A stretch of 26,191 nucleotides of DNA from an uncultured Lentimicrobiaceae bacterium (GTDB lineage Bacteria > Bacteroidota > Bacteroidia > Bacteroidales > UBA4417). The notes beneath the pieces were generated by a model, which saw nothing but the letters and a program-made list of their open reading frames with translations, ran no database searches and had not been told where the DNA came from. Made by a program: the position numbers and the translations under genes. Where the stretch lies: contig CAYNVK010000002.1 in NCBI GenBank assembly GCA_964400395.1, forward strand, positions 1 through 26,191. Direction: 5' to 3'. The stretch's first letter is position 1; each line of letters begins with the position of its first letter. This document shows, in pieces, positions 7,517-15,501 of this stretch.

Positions 7517-8506
7517 ATGGAATACCAGGCACTTTCGTCGCGATACCAGGACATGAAATACCGCCGCTGCGGGAAAAGCGGGATACAACTCCCCGAAATA
7601 TCGCTGGGGTTGTGGCATAATTTCGGGAATACCGATCGCTTTGATGTGGGCAGGCAGATCATCCTGTCAGCTTTTGATCGTGGCATAACGCATTTCGACC
7701 TGGCTAATAATTATGGGCCTCCTCCCGGCTCGGCCGAACAAAATTTTGGCCGGATGATGCAAAATGATCTTCGCCCTTACCGCGATGAAATGATCGTATC
7801 AACCAAAGCAGGTTACCTGATGTGGCCCGGGCCTTACGGGGAGTGGGGTTCCAAAAAATACCTGGTTTCGAGCCTCGATCAAAGCCTGAAACGGATGAAA
7901 CTGGATTATGTGGATATTTTTTATCACCACCGTCCTGATCCGGATACGCCACTCGAAGAAACCATGGCCGCACTCGATCTGATTGTCAGGCAAGGAAAGG
8001 CTTTGTATGCCGGCATTTCGAACTACCCGGCTGAGCTCACCCACAAAGCAGCTGCTATTTTAAAGGAAATGGGTACGCCCTGTCTTATTCACCAGCCGTC
8101 GTACAGTATGTTCAACCGCTGGGTCGAAGATGGGTTGCTTGATGTACTTGAACAGGATGGAATTGGTTGTATTACCTTTTCGCCCCTGGCACAGGGCATG
8201 TTAACCGATCGTTATCTGAATGGAATTCCATCCGATTCGCGTGCTGCCAAGCATGTTTTCCTTACCGAAGACCGGGTGGTGCTGATGTTGCCCCAGATCA
8301 AGAAACTGAATGAAATTGCCGCGGGTCGTGGACAAAGCCTTTCGCAGATGGCCATTGCCTGGCTGCTGAAAGATAAACGTGTTACCTCCGTGCTGATCGG
8401 AGCAAGCTCAGTTGCACAACTCGAAAATAACCTCGGTGCTTTGGGAAATAAAAAGTTCAGCAACAGCGAACTGCAAGCCATAGAAGAAGTGCTTGGCGCA
8501 AAATAG
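7517..8506 (+). CDS. mgrA: Aldo/keto reductase, L-glyceraldehyde 3-phosphate reductase (YghZ/MgrA-like)
   Basis: YRRCGKSGIQLPEISLGLWHNFG, GITHFDLANNYGPPPGSAE, STKAGYLMWPGPYGEWGS.KYL, HQPSYSM and FSPLAQG. Confidence 0.85.
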   Translation: MEYQALSSRYQDMKYRRCGKSGIQLPEISLGLWHNFGNTDRFDVGRQIILSAFDRGITHFDLANNYGPPPGSAEQNFGRMMQNDLRPYRDEMIVSTKAGYLMWPGPYGEWGSKKYLVSSLDQSLKRMKLDYVDIFYHHRPDPDTPLEETMAALDLIVRQGKALYAGISNYPAELTHKAAAILKEMGTPCLIHQPSYSMFNRWVEDGLLDVLEQDGIGCITFSPLAQGMLTDRYLNGIPSDSRAAKHVFLTEDRVVLMLPQIKKLNEIAAGRGQSLSQMAIAWLLKDKRVTSVLIGASSVAQLENNLGALGNKKFSNSELQAIEEVLGAK

Positions 8507-8518
8507 GCTACGTTTAAG

Positions 8519-9226
8519 CTAACAAAATGCCGTTTTTCGTTTTTTGCCCAGGGTGCCACGCTGGTGCATCTTTTGGATATATTCCGTTGCCAGCGGAACC
8601 TTGCAGGCGGTGCCGTTCATATCTACTTTCACTTTTCCGATCGCTGCCGCTACTCTCGCGGCATCGTGGCTGAGGGATTCGCAATATCCGCCGATAGTAA
8701 TCACAAAGTTGTTCATGGTATGCCGTACCCGGTTTTTCTCGGTATGTATGGTTTTTGATATCCTTTCGAGTAAGCTCTTATACAGTGCAATATCAATTTC
8801 ACGATCTGGTTTTATAGAAGCTATGCTGGCCAGCGTCGACCAGCCCGAACATGCAATATTTTCCCGGTCCGACTCAATCCATTGCAGGGCAAGCTCGGTG
8901 CCATACCGGCTTTCGGCAGCTACCCAGGCCACGGTAAACTCGCTGATCATATACCAATACGCTTGCCGAACCCAAAGTTGCAAATCGTCGCGTGTCATTT
9001 TATGCGGATCCGAAATAAGTCCTGCCAGGTACATGGCATCTGAATTACCGGTACCGAACAATTCAAGCGAAATCGTATAGTTCTGTTTTATTTTTTTCTG
9101 GATCTTTTTCAGGTCCTCCACTTTTACCCCGAAAAAGGGTTCGCGGGCGCCATGCCTGGTCAATGTATTTTTGATGCTTTCGTTGCCCATGGCTTTTAGT
9201 TGCTGCATTACTTCGTCAGTGGTCAT
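8519..9226 (-). CDS. DNA alkylation repair family protein (AlkD-like HEAT repeat)
   Basis: FGVKVEDLKKIQKKI...LFGTGNSDAMYLAGLI, W..S..E, NRVRHTMNNF and C-terminal DMNGTACKVP...GKKRKT..C. Convergent with mgrA across a 12-bp gap. Confidence 0.75.
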   Translation of the reverse strand: MTTDEVMQQLKAMGNESIKNTLTRHGAREPFFGVKVEDLKKIQKKIKQNYTISLELFGTGNSDAMYLAGLISDPHKMTRDDLQLWVRQAYWYMISEFTVAWVAAESRYGTELALQWIESDRENIACSGWSTLASIASIKPDREIDIALYKSLLERISKTIHTEKNRVRHTMNNFVITIGGYCESLSHDAARVAAAIGKVKVDMNGTACKVPLATEYIQKMHQRGTLGKKRKTAFC

Positions 9227-9273
9227 GGCGGGGTGTTTTAATGGTAAAAAACAGTTTGATAGTGTAAAGGTTC

Positions 9274-9312
9274 AAAAAAAATACCCTGCACCGGTGGAGG
9301 TACAGGGTATTT
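9274..9312 (-). terminator. Rho-independent terminator downstream of fabD
   Basis: Minus strand AAATACCCTGTACC-TCCACC-GGTGCAGGGTATTT forms a 14-bp stem with one G.U pair; the stem ends in an 8-T run. Confidence 0.8.
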
Positions 9313-9392
9313 CAAATAATGTTTTCAAAAGGTTAAGAAACTGTTTAAGCTTGTCAAATAAATACAATTAGTAGAGTAAAAGTTGGAAGACG

Positions 9393-9418
9393 CCTGCCTG
9401 ACTGCGTCATCAGACAGG
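9393..9418. repeat. REP-like palindrome
   Basis: cctgcctga-ctgcgtca-tcagacagg; the arms match at 8 of 9 positions. Confidence 0.55.
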
Positions 9419-9526
9419 GAAGTATCCTGAATTGAAGTTCAGGTTTTAGGCCATTTTGGGCTATCACCCCTCGCCGGTTCTCCCATTCGCCCCTCATTAA
9501 GTTAAATCAACAATTTTAAACAAACT

Positions 9527-10399
9527 CTAAATCCCGCTTGCTTCAACTTCGGGAGCTATTTTTTTTACTAAACCCTGAAGTACACTTCCTGGTCCCAGTT
9601 CAACGAAACTTACAGCGCCATCGGCTACCATATGTTGTACAATCTGTGTCCAGCGAACGGGTGAAGTTAGCTGCGATACCAGGTTTGCCTTTATCAGTTC
9701 AGGATCGGTATACGGTTTTGCATCCACGTTCTGGTAAACAGGGCAAACAGGCGTATTTACAGTGGTTGCTTCGATAGCTGCAGCTAGTTCAACGCGGGCA
9801 GGTTCCATCAGCGGGGAGTGGAAAGCGCCACCTACCTTGAGGGGCAAAGCACGTTTGGCACCAGCAGCTTTTAAAGCTTCGCAGGCTAGTTCAATGCCTT
9901 TCATTGATCCGGATATTACCAGCTGTCCGGGGCTGTTATAATTGGCAGGTACAACAACTTCGTCGATCCCGGCAAGTACTTCTTCGGTTTTTGCATCATC
10001 GAGGCCCAGGATGGCTGCCATGGTGCTGGGTTCAGCTTCGCAGGCTTTCTGCATAGCCATAGCACGGGCGTAAACCAGGCGGAGTCCGTCCTCGAACGAA
10101 AGGGCTTTGCTGGCAACCAGCGCCGAAAACTCGCCCAGGGAGTGGCCTGCAACCATATCAGGTTTAAAATCGGGCAAGGTGGCAGCAAGAATTACCGAAT
10201 GAAGGAAAATAGCTGGCTGGGTAACCCTGGTCTGGCGCAAATCCTCGTCGGTACCGGCAAACATCAGGTCGGTAATACGGAAACCAAGAATTTCGTTGGC
10301 TTTTTCGAACATTTCTTTTGCCAGGGCATGGTTATCGTACAAATCCTTACCCATTCCTACAAACTGTGCTCCCTGTCCGGGAAAAACGTATGCTTTCAT
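9527..10399 (-). CDS. fabD: Malonyl-CoA:ACP transacylase
   Basis: VFPGQGAQ, T..TQPAIF, AGHSLGEF (catalytic Ser), ANYNSPGQ, GAFHSPLM, QLTSPVRW and ELGPG.VL. Confidence 0.97.
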   Translation of the reverse strand: MKAYVFPGQGAQFVGMGKDLYDNHALAKEMFEKANEILGFRITDLMFAGTDEDLRQTRVTQPAIFLHSVILAATLPDFKPDMVAGHSLGEFSALVASKALSFEDGLRLVYARAMAMQKACEAEPSTMAAILGLDDAKTEEVLAGIDEVVVPANYNSPGQLVISGSMKGIELACEALKAAGAKRALPLKVGGAFHSPLMEPARVELAAAIEATTVNTPVCPVYQNVDAKPYTDPELIKANLVSQLTSPVRWTQIVQHMVADGAVSFVELGPGSVLQGLVKKIAPEVEASGI

Positions 10400-10425
10400 T
10401 GTTATTTATTTACGGTTTTAGCGCG

Positions 10426-10433
10426 CAAAAGTA
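10426..10433 (-). promoter_or_regulatory. -7 promoter element for fabD
   Basis: Minus strand TACTTTTG, 26 nt upstream of the ATG. Confidence 0.55.
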
Positions 10434-10477
10434 CATAATCTGATCCGAACGGCCATAGGTTTGTGGTTTTTCACAAT

Positions 10478-10506
10478 AAAAAAGGCCGGAACGACCGGCC
10501 TTTTTT
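10478..10506. terminator. Rho-independent terminator (symmetric) downstream of the BI-1 gene
   Basis: AAAAAAGGCCGG-AACGA-CCGGCCTTTTTT with perfect 12-bp arms. Confidence 0.85.
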
Positions 10507-10522
10507 GATGGTAATCAGTATT

Positions 10523-11245
10523 TTAATTTCTCCTTCCCAGGAAACGTAACAGGAACAGAAACAGGTTAATAAAGTCGAGGTAGAGTGATAATGCACCCAT
10601 CACGGCGTACTTGCGGGTCGATTCGTGACCTGCGGTCATTTCGGCGCCAAGCTTTTTCAGCTTCTGAACATCATAAGCTGTAAGACCCGTAAAAATGAGC
10701 ACCCCTACAAAACTGATCAGGTATTGCATTGAATCACTTTTCAGGAAAAAGTTCACCAGGCTGGCAATAATAATTCCCACCAGGGCCATCATTAAAATAC
10801 TGCCAAATTTGGTGAGATCGGTTTTAGTTGTGTATCCCGCAACTGCCATTACCCCGAAAGTAAGTGATGTTACCCCAAAAGTAGTGGCTATGGAGCCCAT
10901 GGAATAAACCAGGAAAATGAAACTCAGGCTTAAACCCACCAGCACTGCATATACCAGGAATAATCCCGAAAGCTGCATGGCGCTTAGTTTCTGAAAGCGG
11001 AACGACATCAGCAGCACGAATCCAATGGGTGCAAACATTACAATCCAGCCGAACATGGAAAGACCGGTTTCGGTAACCATAAGTTGCAGGATTGATGGGG
11101 TGGAGGCTACATAAAATGCAGTAACTGCAGTGATAGCCAGCGCTATAAACATCCAGGTGAATACTCCGCTCATAAATGTGCGAACCATACTTTCGTCGCG
11201 CAATTTTATTTCAGGCAGGGTATTGTATTGATCTTCGTTAAACAT
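10523..11245 (-). CDS. Bax inhibitor-1/YccA family membrane protein
   Basis: About seven hydrophobic segments; FM..VF.WM, GYTTKTDL, FTGLTAYDVQKLK and GALSLYLDFINLFLFLLR. Confidence 0.92.
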   Translation of the reverse strand: MFNEDQYNTLPEIKLRDESMVRTFMSGVFTWMFIALAITAVTAFYVASTPSILQLMVTETGLSMFGWIVMFAPIGFVLLMSFRFQKLSAMQLSGLFLVYAVLVGLSLSFIFLVYSMGSIATTFGVTSLTFGVMAVAGYTTKTDLTKFGSILMMALVGIIIASLVNFFLKSDSMQYLISFVGVLIFTGLTAYDVQKLKKLGAEMTAGHESTRKYAVMGALSLYLDFINLFLFLLRFLGRRN

Positions 11246-11273
11246 GGGTTGTTGATTTTATGATTTACAGATG

Positions 11274-11281
11274 CAAAGTTA
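11274..11281 (-). promoter_or_regulatory. -7 promoter element for the BI-1 gene
   Basis: Minus strand TAACTTTG, 28 nt upstream of the ATG. Confidence 0.5.
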
Positions 11282-11323
11282 AAAATATCTTCACTTGTCG
11301 GATGTTAACTTTTGCTAATAAAA

Positions 11324-11983
11324 TCAGTGCAGCCTTGAACCAATAAGGTGGATAAATTCGGCCCTGGTTTTGTCAACCAGGAAAGCGCCTGTAAAATCGG
11401 AGGTGGTGGTTACCGAATTCTGTTTCTGTATGCCCCGCATGCTCATGCACATGTGCTGGGCTTCAATTACAACAGCAACACCAAGGGGTTTCATGGTATT
11501 GTTAATGGCATCTTTAATCTGGGTAGTGAGGCGTTCCTGCACCTGAAGGCGTCGTGCAAAAGCATCAACCACGCGGGGAATCTTGCTAAGGCCTACAATT
11601 CGGCCGTTGGGAATATAAGCCACATGCGCTTTGCCGAAAAACGGGATCATATGGTGCTCGCACATCGAATATAATTCGATATCCTTAACAATCACCATTT
11701 GTTTATAATCTTCGTTAAACATAGCTGCACGTAGTATTTCCTCTGGGTCGAGGTCGTAGCCGTGGGTAAGGAACTGCATGGCTTTGGCCACGCGCTCGGG
11801 CGTTTTTTCCAGTCCTTCGCGGTTCGGGTTTTCGCCTATAAGCTTTAGGATTTCACGATAATGCAACGAAAGCTCTTTGATGGTGCTCATGTTGTAAATA
11901 TCCCGTTTTTCGTACCCATCTTTCAGATCGTAATCGTCCATATTGTTTTCAATAATCATGGGTTTTACTATATCGCTGCTCAT
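11324..11983 (-). CDS. folE: GTP cyclohydrolase I
   Basis: [43 protein letters not shown] and [10 protein letters not shown]. The true start may be a downstream Met. Confidence 0.97.
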   Translation of the reverse strand: MSSDIVKPMIIENNMDDYDLKDGYEKRDIYNMSTIKELSLHYREILKLIGENPNREGLEKTPERVAKAMQFLTHGYDLDPEEILRAAMFNEDYKQMVIVKDIELYSMCEHHMIPFFGKAHVAYIPNGRIVGLSKIPRVVDAFARRLQVQERLTTQIKDAINNTMKPLGVAVVIEAQHMCMSMRGIQKQNSVTTTSDFTGAFLVDKTRAEFIHLIGSRLH

Positions 11984-12103
11984 GTATTTCGGTTTTAAAA
12001 TTATTGGGGTGAATGGTTTAAAGCGTTAGGTTATTCTGTTTTTTCAATGGTTGCCTGCTGTTGATTTGTTATTTCTGGTATTCTATCAGTGGATCAGTTA
12101 GCT

Positions 12104-12514
12104 CTATCCGAAGTATTCAACATAGTTGTTTTCAGTTTCGTAAAGCTTGATGCAATGCAGTTGGGCACCGGTTTCAGCAATAGGCTGTGCTAATTGGTTC
12201 CAGATTCCGATGGCCAGGTTTTCAGTCGAAGCCAGTTTACCGGCCATAAAATCGACTTCAAGATTTATATTGCGGTGATCGAGTTTTTCAAGAACCTGTG
12301 TGTCGATCAGCGCGCTTAAATCTTTGAGGTTCACCAGGAAACCGGTTGCAGGGTCAACTTCGCCCCGCACCGTTACAAACAGGGTATAATTATGACCGTG
12401 CCAGTTCGGGTTCGAACATTTGCCAAAAACTTCCAGGTTTTTTTCATCCGTGAAATCGGACCTGAAGAGCCTGTGTGCTGCATTAAAATGTTCGCGACGG
12501 GTGATGTAAATCAT
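12104..12514 (-). CDS. 6-pyruvoyl-tetrahydropterin synthase / 6-carboxytetrahydropterin synthase family (COG0720)
   Basis: FNAAHRL, CSNPNWHGHNY, LDHRNIN, STENLA and LYETENN. Confidence 0.93.
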   Translation of the reverse strand: MIYITRREHFNAAHRLFRSDFTDEKNLEVFGKCSNPNWHGHNYTLFVTVRGEVDPATGFLVNLKDLSALIDTQVLEKLDHRNINLEVDFMAGKLASTENLAIGIWNQLAQPIAETGAQLHCIKLYETENNYVEYFG

Positions 12515-12697
12515 AGATCGGAATTTGTCAGTAAAAGTACAATATTGATGTGATAATGATTAAAACAGATAAAACTTAAAAGTGTTTAACAAATATAAAA
12601 TTAAATTAAACAAAAATAAAATCACATCTCCTGATATCAAACCGGGGAAGCGCTCATATGCTCAAATGAAATTTGACGGAAACAGGGAAACCTGAAG

Positions 12698-13351
12698 CTA
12701 AAACCTGTGAACTTCGTACATAAATCGGTTCAGTTTTTCGGCATCCAGCATACCGTTTATTCGCACACCACTACAAAGATCAATACCAAAAGGATTCACC
12801 TCATCAATGGCCTGCCGTATATTTTCCGGTTTCAATCCGCCGGCCAGGAAAACGGGTACACTTATACTTTCACGTATTTTGCGGCTCAGTTTCCAGTTGT
12901 GCGTACGGCCGGTACCTCCCAGTTCCTTAATTTCCAGGTTAGGATTACCGCTGTCGAGCAGGATGGCATCAACGTAAGGGGCTGTTTCAATGGCTTCATC
13001 CACTGATTTTTCATGCTGAACATGAATTACCTGTACCAGTTTTACACCCGGAAGCGATTTTCGTAGCGACAGGTATGTTTCTGTACTCACCGCATCAACC
13101 AGTTGAATTGTATTGGTGTGGCTGCGGTTCCAGTGATTTATGATACCGTTTGCTGATGTTTCGCTGGTGAGCAGGAAGGTACCGATAGGTGGAGGCACCG
13201 CCGCGGATATGCTGAAAATCAGTTCGTCGCTGATTACTCCGGGGCCACTGGGCATTTGCCCGACAAGTCCTAAGGCCGAAGCTCCGGCATCAATGGACAT
13301 TTGGGCTTCATCCAGCGAACTTATGCAGCATATTTTTACCCTGGGAATCAT
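12698..13351 (-). CDS. trpF: Phosphoribosylanthranilate isomerase family protein (stand-alone)
   Basis: RVKICCI, IQL, ILLDSG, GGTGRTHNW, VFLAGGLKPENI and GIDLCSGV. No other trp genes in the window. Confidence 0.85.
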   Translation of the reverse strand: MIPRVKICCISSLDEAQMSIDAGASALGLVGQMPSGPGVISDELIFSISAAVPPPIGTFLLTSETSANGIINHWNRSHTNTIQLVDAVSTETYLSLRKSLPGVKLVQVIHVQHEKSVDEAIETAPYVDAILLDSGNPNLEIKELGGTGRTHNWKLSRKIRESISVPVFLAGGLKPENIRQAIDEVNPFGIDLCSGVRINGMLDAEKLNRFMYEVHRF

Positions 13352-13399
13352 GAGTTTATGATAAAACTGGGGATTTAAGCCCTTTGATCGTCTCTCTAA

Positions 13400-13789
13400 T
13401 TATGGTTTTTCATCCAGTTTCTGAAGTTTCATTAACCAGAAAATTTCAAAGCCCAAGTACAGGATATAGAATACAAATAAGGTGACAGAAAAACGGATGG
13501 CATCGTCCCTGAATTTAAAAGCATAGCCAGCAATTAAAACCAGAAGCAAAAAAATCTTTACCATACTGGCAATCATAAAGGTATTGGAGAAGCGGCTGAA
13601 TTTTTTTTCGCTTGCCGAAAAGAGCAGCGTTACCAGCGACAGGGTGATGCCGGCAAACAGCAGGAGCAGAAATGGCCAGAACCGGGTGATAAGTCCCGAG
13701 GTTACGAATGAAAAAGTCCCTCCACACGCTGCAAGCACTATTGTAAAAATGATGAGGCTTCGGATAAATCGATTCACTAATTCCTTCAT
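13400..13789 (-). CDS. Four-helix membrane protein of the type found between atpZ and atpB in Bacteroidota (AtpI-like)
   Basis: 129 aa with four hydrophobic segments; F...FM...MVKIFL and FV.Y..YL.FE pattern; directly after the AtpZ/AtpI gene. Confidence 0.7.
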   Translation of the reverse strand: MKELVNRFIRSLIIFTIVLAACGGTFSFVTSGLITRFWPFLLLLFAGITLSLVTLLFSASEKKFSRFSNTFMIASMVKIFLLLVLIAGYAFKFRDDAIRFSVTLFVFYILYLGFEIFWLMKLQKLDEKP

Positions 13790-13852
13790 GCTGCGAGGTA
13801 TGTTGTTAAAGTCCGGCCAAAGTATAAAGTTGTGCCCGGAGTATGATTGTGG

Positions 13853-14098
13853 TTATTTTTTTAAAAGATCTTTCACGGCAGTATATATGGCTGCACCAAC
13901 CGAAATTATCGACAGCAGCACTGTGAATACCGGGAAACGGAAATGAAGCCACTGGTCGAGTTTCACGCCTCCGTAAATACCTAAACCGATGATGGCAAAC
14001 ATCTGGAATGCCAGGCTCGAATACCGGGCATAGCTTTCGAGAGGTGGCCTGCTTTGTTTATCAGGCTTCGGTTTGGACGAATTGTTCTGGTTTTTCAT
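13853..14098 (-). CDS. AtpZ/AtpI family protein (ATPase gene 1)
   Basis: 81 aa, Y.RYSSLAFQM...G...G..LD.W...FPVFT..LS..SV...IY with two TM helices. Overlaps the bactofilin 3' end by 38 bp. Confidence 0.85.
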   Translation of the reverse strand: MKNQNNSSKPKPDKQSRPPLESYARYSSLAFQMFAIIGLGIYGGVKLDQWLHFRFPVFTVLLSIISVGAAIYTAVKDLLKK

Positions 14099-14450
14099 TC
14101 AGGCTGCCATTATTGCCCATTTTACAGGCGCCGGTAAATACCGCTCCGGGTTCAATGGCCAGTTTATTGGTAAAAATATCACCACTCACAACTGCATTAG
14201 CCTTCAGGCTTAATAACTCGGTAACTTTAATATTTGCTTTAACATCGCCCGAAATATCAGCATTCTGGCAACTGATTTCACCTTCAACCCTGCCGGTTGA
14301 GCCAACCACAACTTTCCCGCTGGCATTAATATTGCCGGTTATAAACCCGTCGATCCGCAGATCGCCGTTCGATTTGATATTGCCTTTTATATCGGTTCCG
14401 TTGCCAATAATGTTTACTGATGGGGTTTCGGTTGTTAAAATTTTTGACAT
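14061..14450 (-). CDS. Bactofilin (polymer-forming cytoskeletal protein)
   Basis: NIIGNGTDIKGNIKSNGDLRIDG.I.GNI...KVVVG..G.VEGEI...LSLKA.A.V.GDI....LAIEPGAVF.G.C.M. Likely start ATG 14450. Confidence 0.93.
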   Translation of the reverse strand: MSKILTTETPSVNIIGNGTDIKGNIKSNGDLRIDGFITGNINASGKVVVGSTGRVEGEISCQNADISGDVKANIKVTELLSLKANAVVSGDIFTNKLAIEPGAVFTGACKMGNNGSLNEKPEQFVQTEA

Positions 14451-14477
14451 GCTTTTTCCTATTAAAATTACCAAAAA

Positions 14478-14485
14478 CAAAAATA
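14478..14485 (-). promoter_or_regulatory. -7 promoter element for the bactofilin-atpZ unit
   Basis: Minus strand TATTTTTG, 27 nt upstream of ATG 14450. Confidence 0.45.
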
Positions 14486-14787
14486 GTGCAATAATTGAAT
14501 TCTACACTATCCGTGTTTTAAAAAGTTAAATTTACCTGGTTTTTGTACAATTTCTTTCGAAGTAGCTTAAATTGCACAAGGCTGATTTCCGATTGTAAAA
14601 GTGCCGGCGCAGGATGTTGCTTGCCGTTATCAGGTTCATATCCTTATTATTGATTCATGCAAAACCCTTGGCTGCGGTGTTTGGGGTATTGTGTTTTTGG
14701 ATTGAAACGTAAAAAAAAATCTCTAAAACTTACTTTCTGGCATTTGAAAATGTATCTTTAATATCAATTTCCCCAGCTTGCCATATC

Positions 14788-15501
14788 ATGCAAATGACAT
14801 CAACATTAGATAATTCCATTTTTTTGATAGCCGCCCTGGCAGTTGCTTCCGCAGGTTTTGTGTGCTATTATTTTTTGCCAATGGCAACATGGGTGCGTAC
14901 CAGGCTCAATTTTGCCGAAGGTGAAACGTATCTGGTGTTGTTTCAGCGTTTACTTGGATTCGCGATTTTTGGAATCCTGCCGGTTGTGATCATTCAATTT
15001 CCGGAGGGCACCGATATCAGCCAATTTGGTATAAAATGCCCGGTTCAGGCCACCTGGTACTGGACGGCTTTTCTATCGGTATTAGTTGTGGTAATGAACC
15101 TGCTGAATGCTTCGCGCCCGGCAAACCTGGCCATGTATCCCCAGGTGAGGAAAAAAGAATGGTCGGTTAAACTGTTTGTTGCAAGTGCTCTGACCTGGAT
15201 TTTGTACCTGATCGGGTACGAATTCCTGTTTCGCGGATTCCTGTTGTTTGCAGCGCTCCCTGTTATGGGTTTATGGCCGGCCATTGCGCTGAACACCGCT
15301 ATTTACATGCTGGTTCACTTACCCAAAGGAATAAAGGAAACCCTTGGCGCCATTCCCCTGGGCGTTATACTCTGCTATCTTACTGTACAAACAGGTTCAA
15401 TCTGGATCGCGGTTTTGGTTCATATCGTAATGGCCCTGTCGAACGAATGGTTGTCGCTGCGCGCGCATCCTGGCATGTTTGTAAAATTTATGAAGTCATG
15501 A
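14788..15501 (+). CDS. CPBP (Abi/CAAX-type) intramembrane glutamic endopeptidase family, variant motifs
   Basis: Polytopic protein with GYEFLFRGFL, YMLVH.PKG..E..GAIPLG and TGSIW...LVH motifs. Confidence 0.85.
   Translation: MQMTSTLDNSIFLIAALAVASAGFVCYYFLPMATWVRTRLNFAEGETYLVLFQRLLGFAIFGILPVVIIQFPEGTDISQFGIKCPVQATWYWTAFLSVLVVVMNLLNASRPANLAMYPQVRKKEWSVKLFVASALTWILYLIGYEFLFRGFLLFAALPVMGLWPAIALNTAIYMLVHLPKGIKETLGAIPLGVILCYLTVQTGSIWIAVLVHIVMALSNEWLSLRAHPGMFVKFMKS

Noticed and set aside
9385-9415. CTGATGA on the minus strand, suggesting a hammerhead ribozyme core
   Set aside because: The required GAAA after stem II is absent (TCTT follows) and I could not build stems I and III.
14008-14529. 173-aa plus-strand ORF
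   Set aside because: Antisense shadow of the bactofilin and atpZ genes with no recognisable motifs.
14711-14719. A9 homopolymer upstream of the CPBP operon as a phase-variation switch
   Set aside because: Such runs are common in AT-rich Bacteroidota intergenic DNA, and I cannot place it within a defined promoter spacer.
15273-15497. 75-aa N-terminal extension of the epimerase in the ORF track
   Set aside because: It overlaps the CPBP gene out of frame; the Rossmann motif starts right after ATG 15498.
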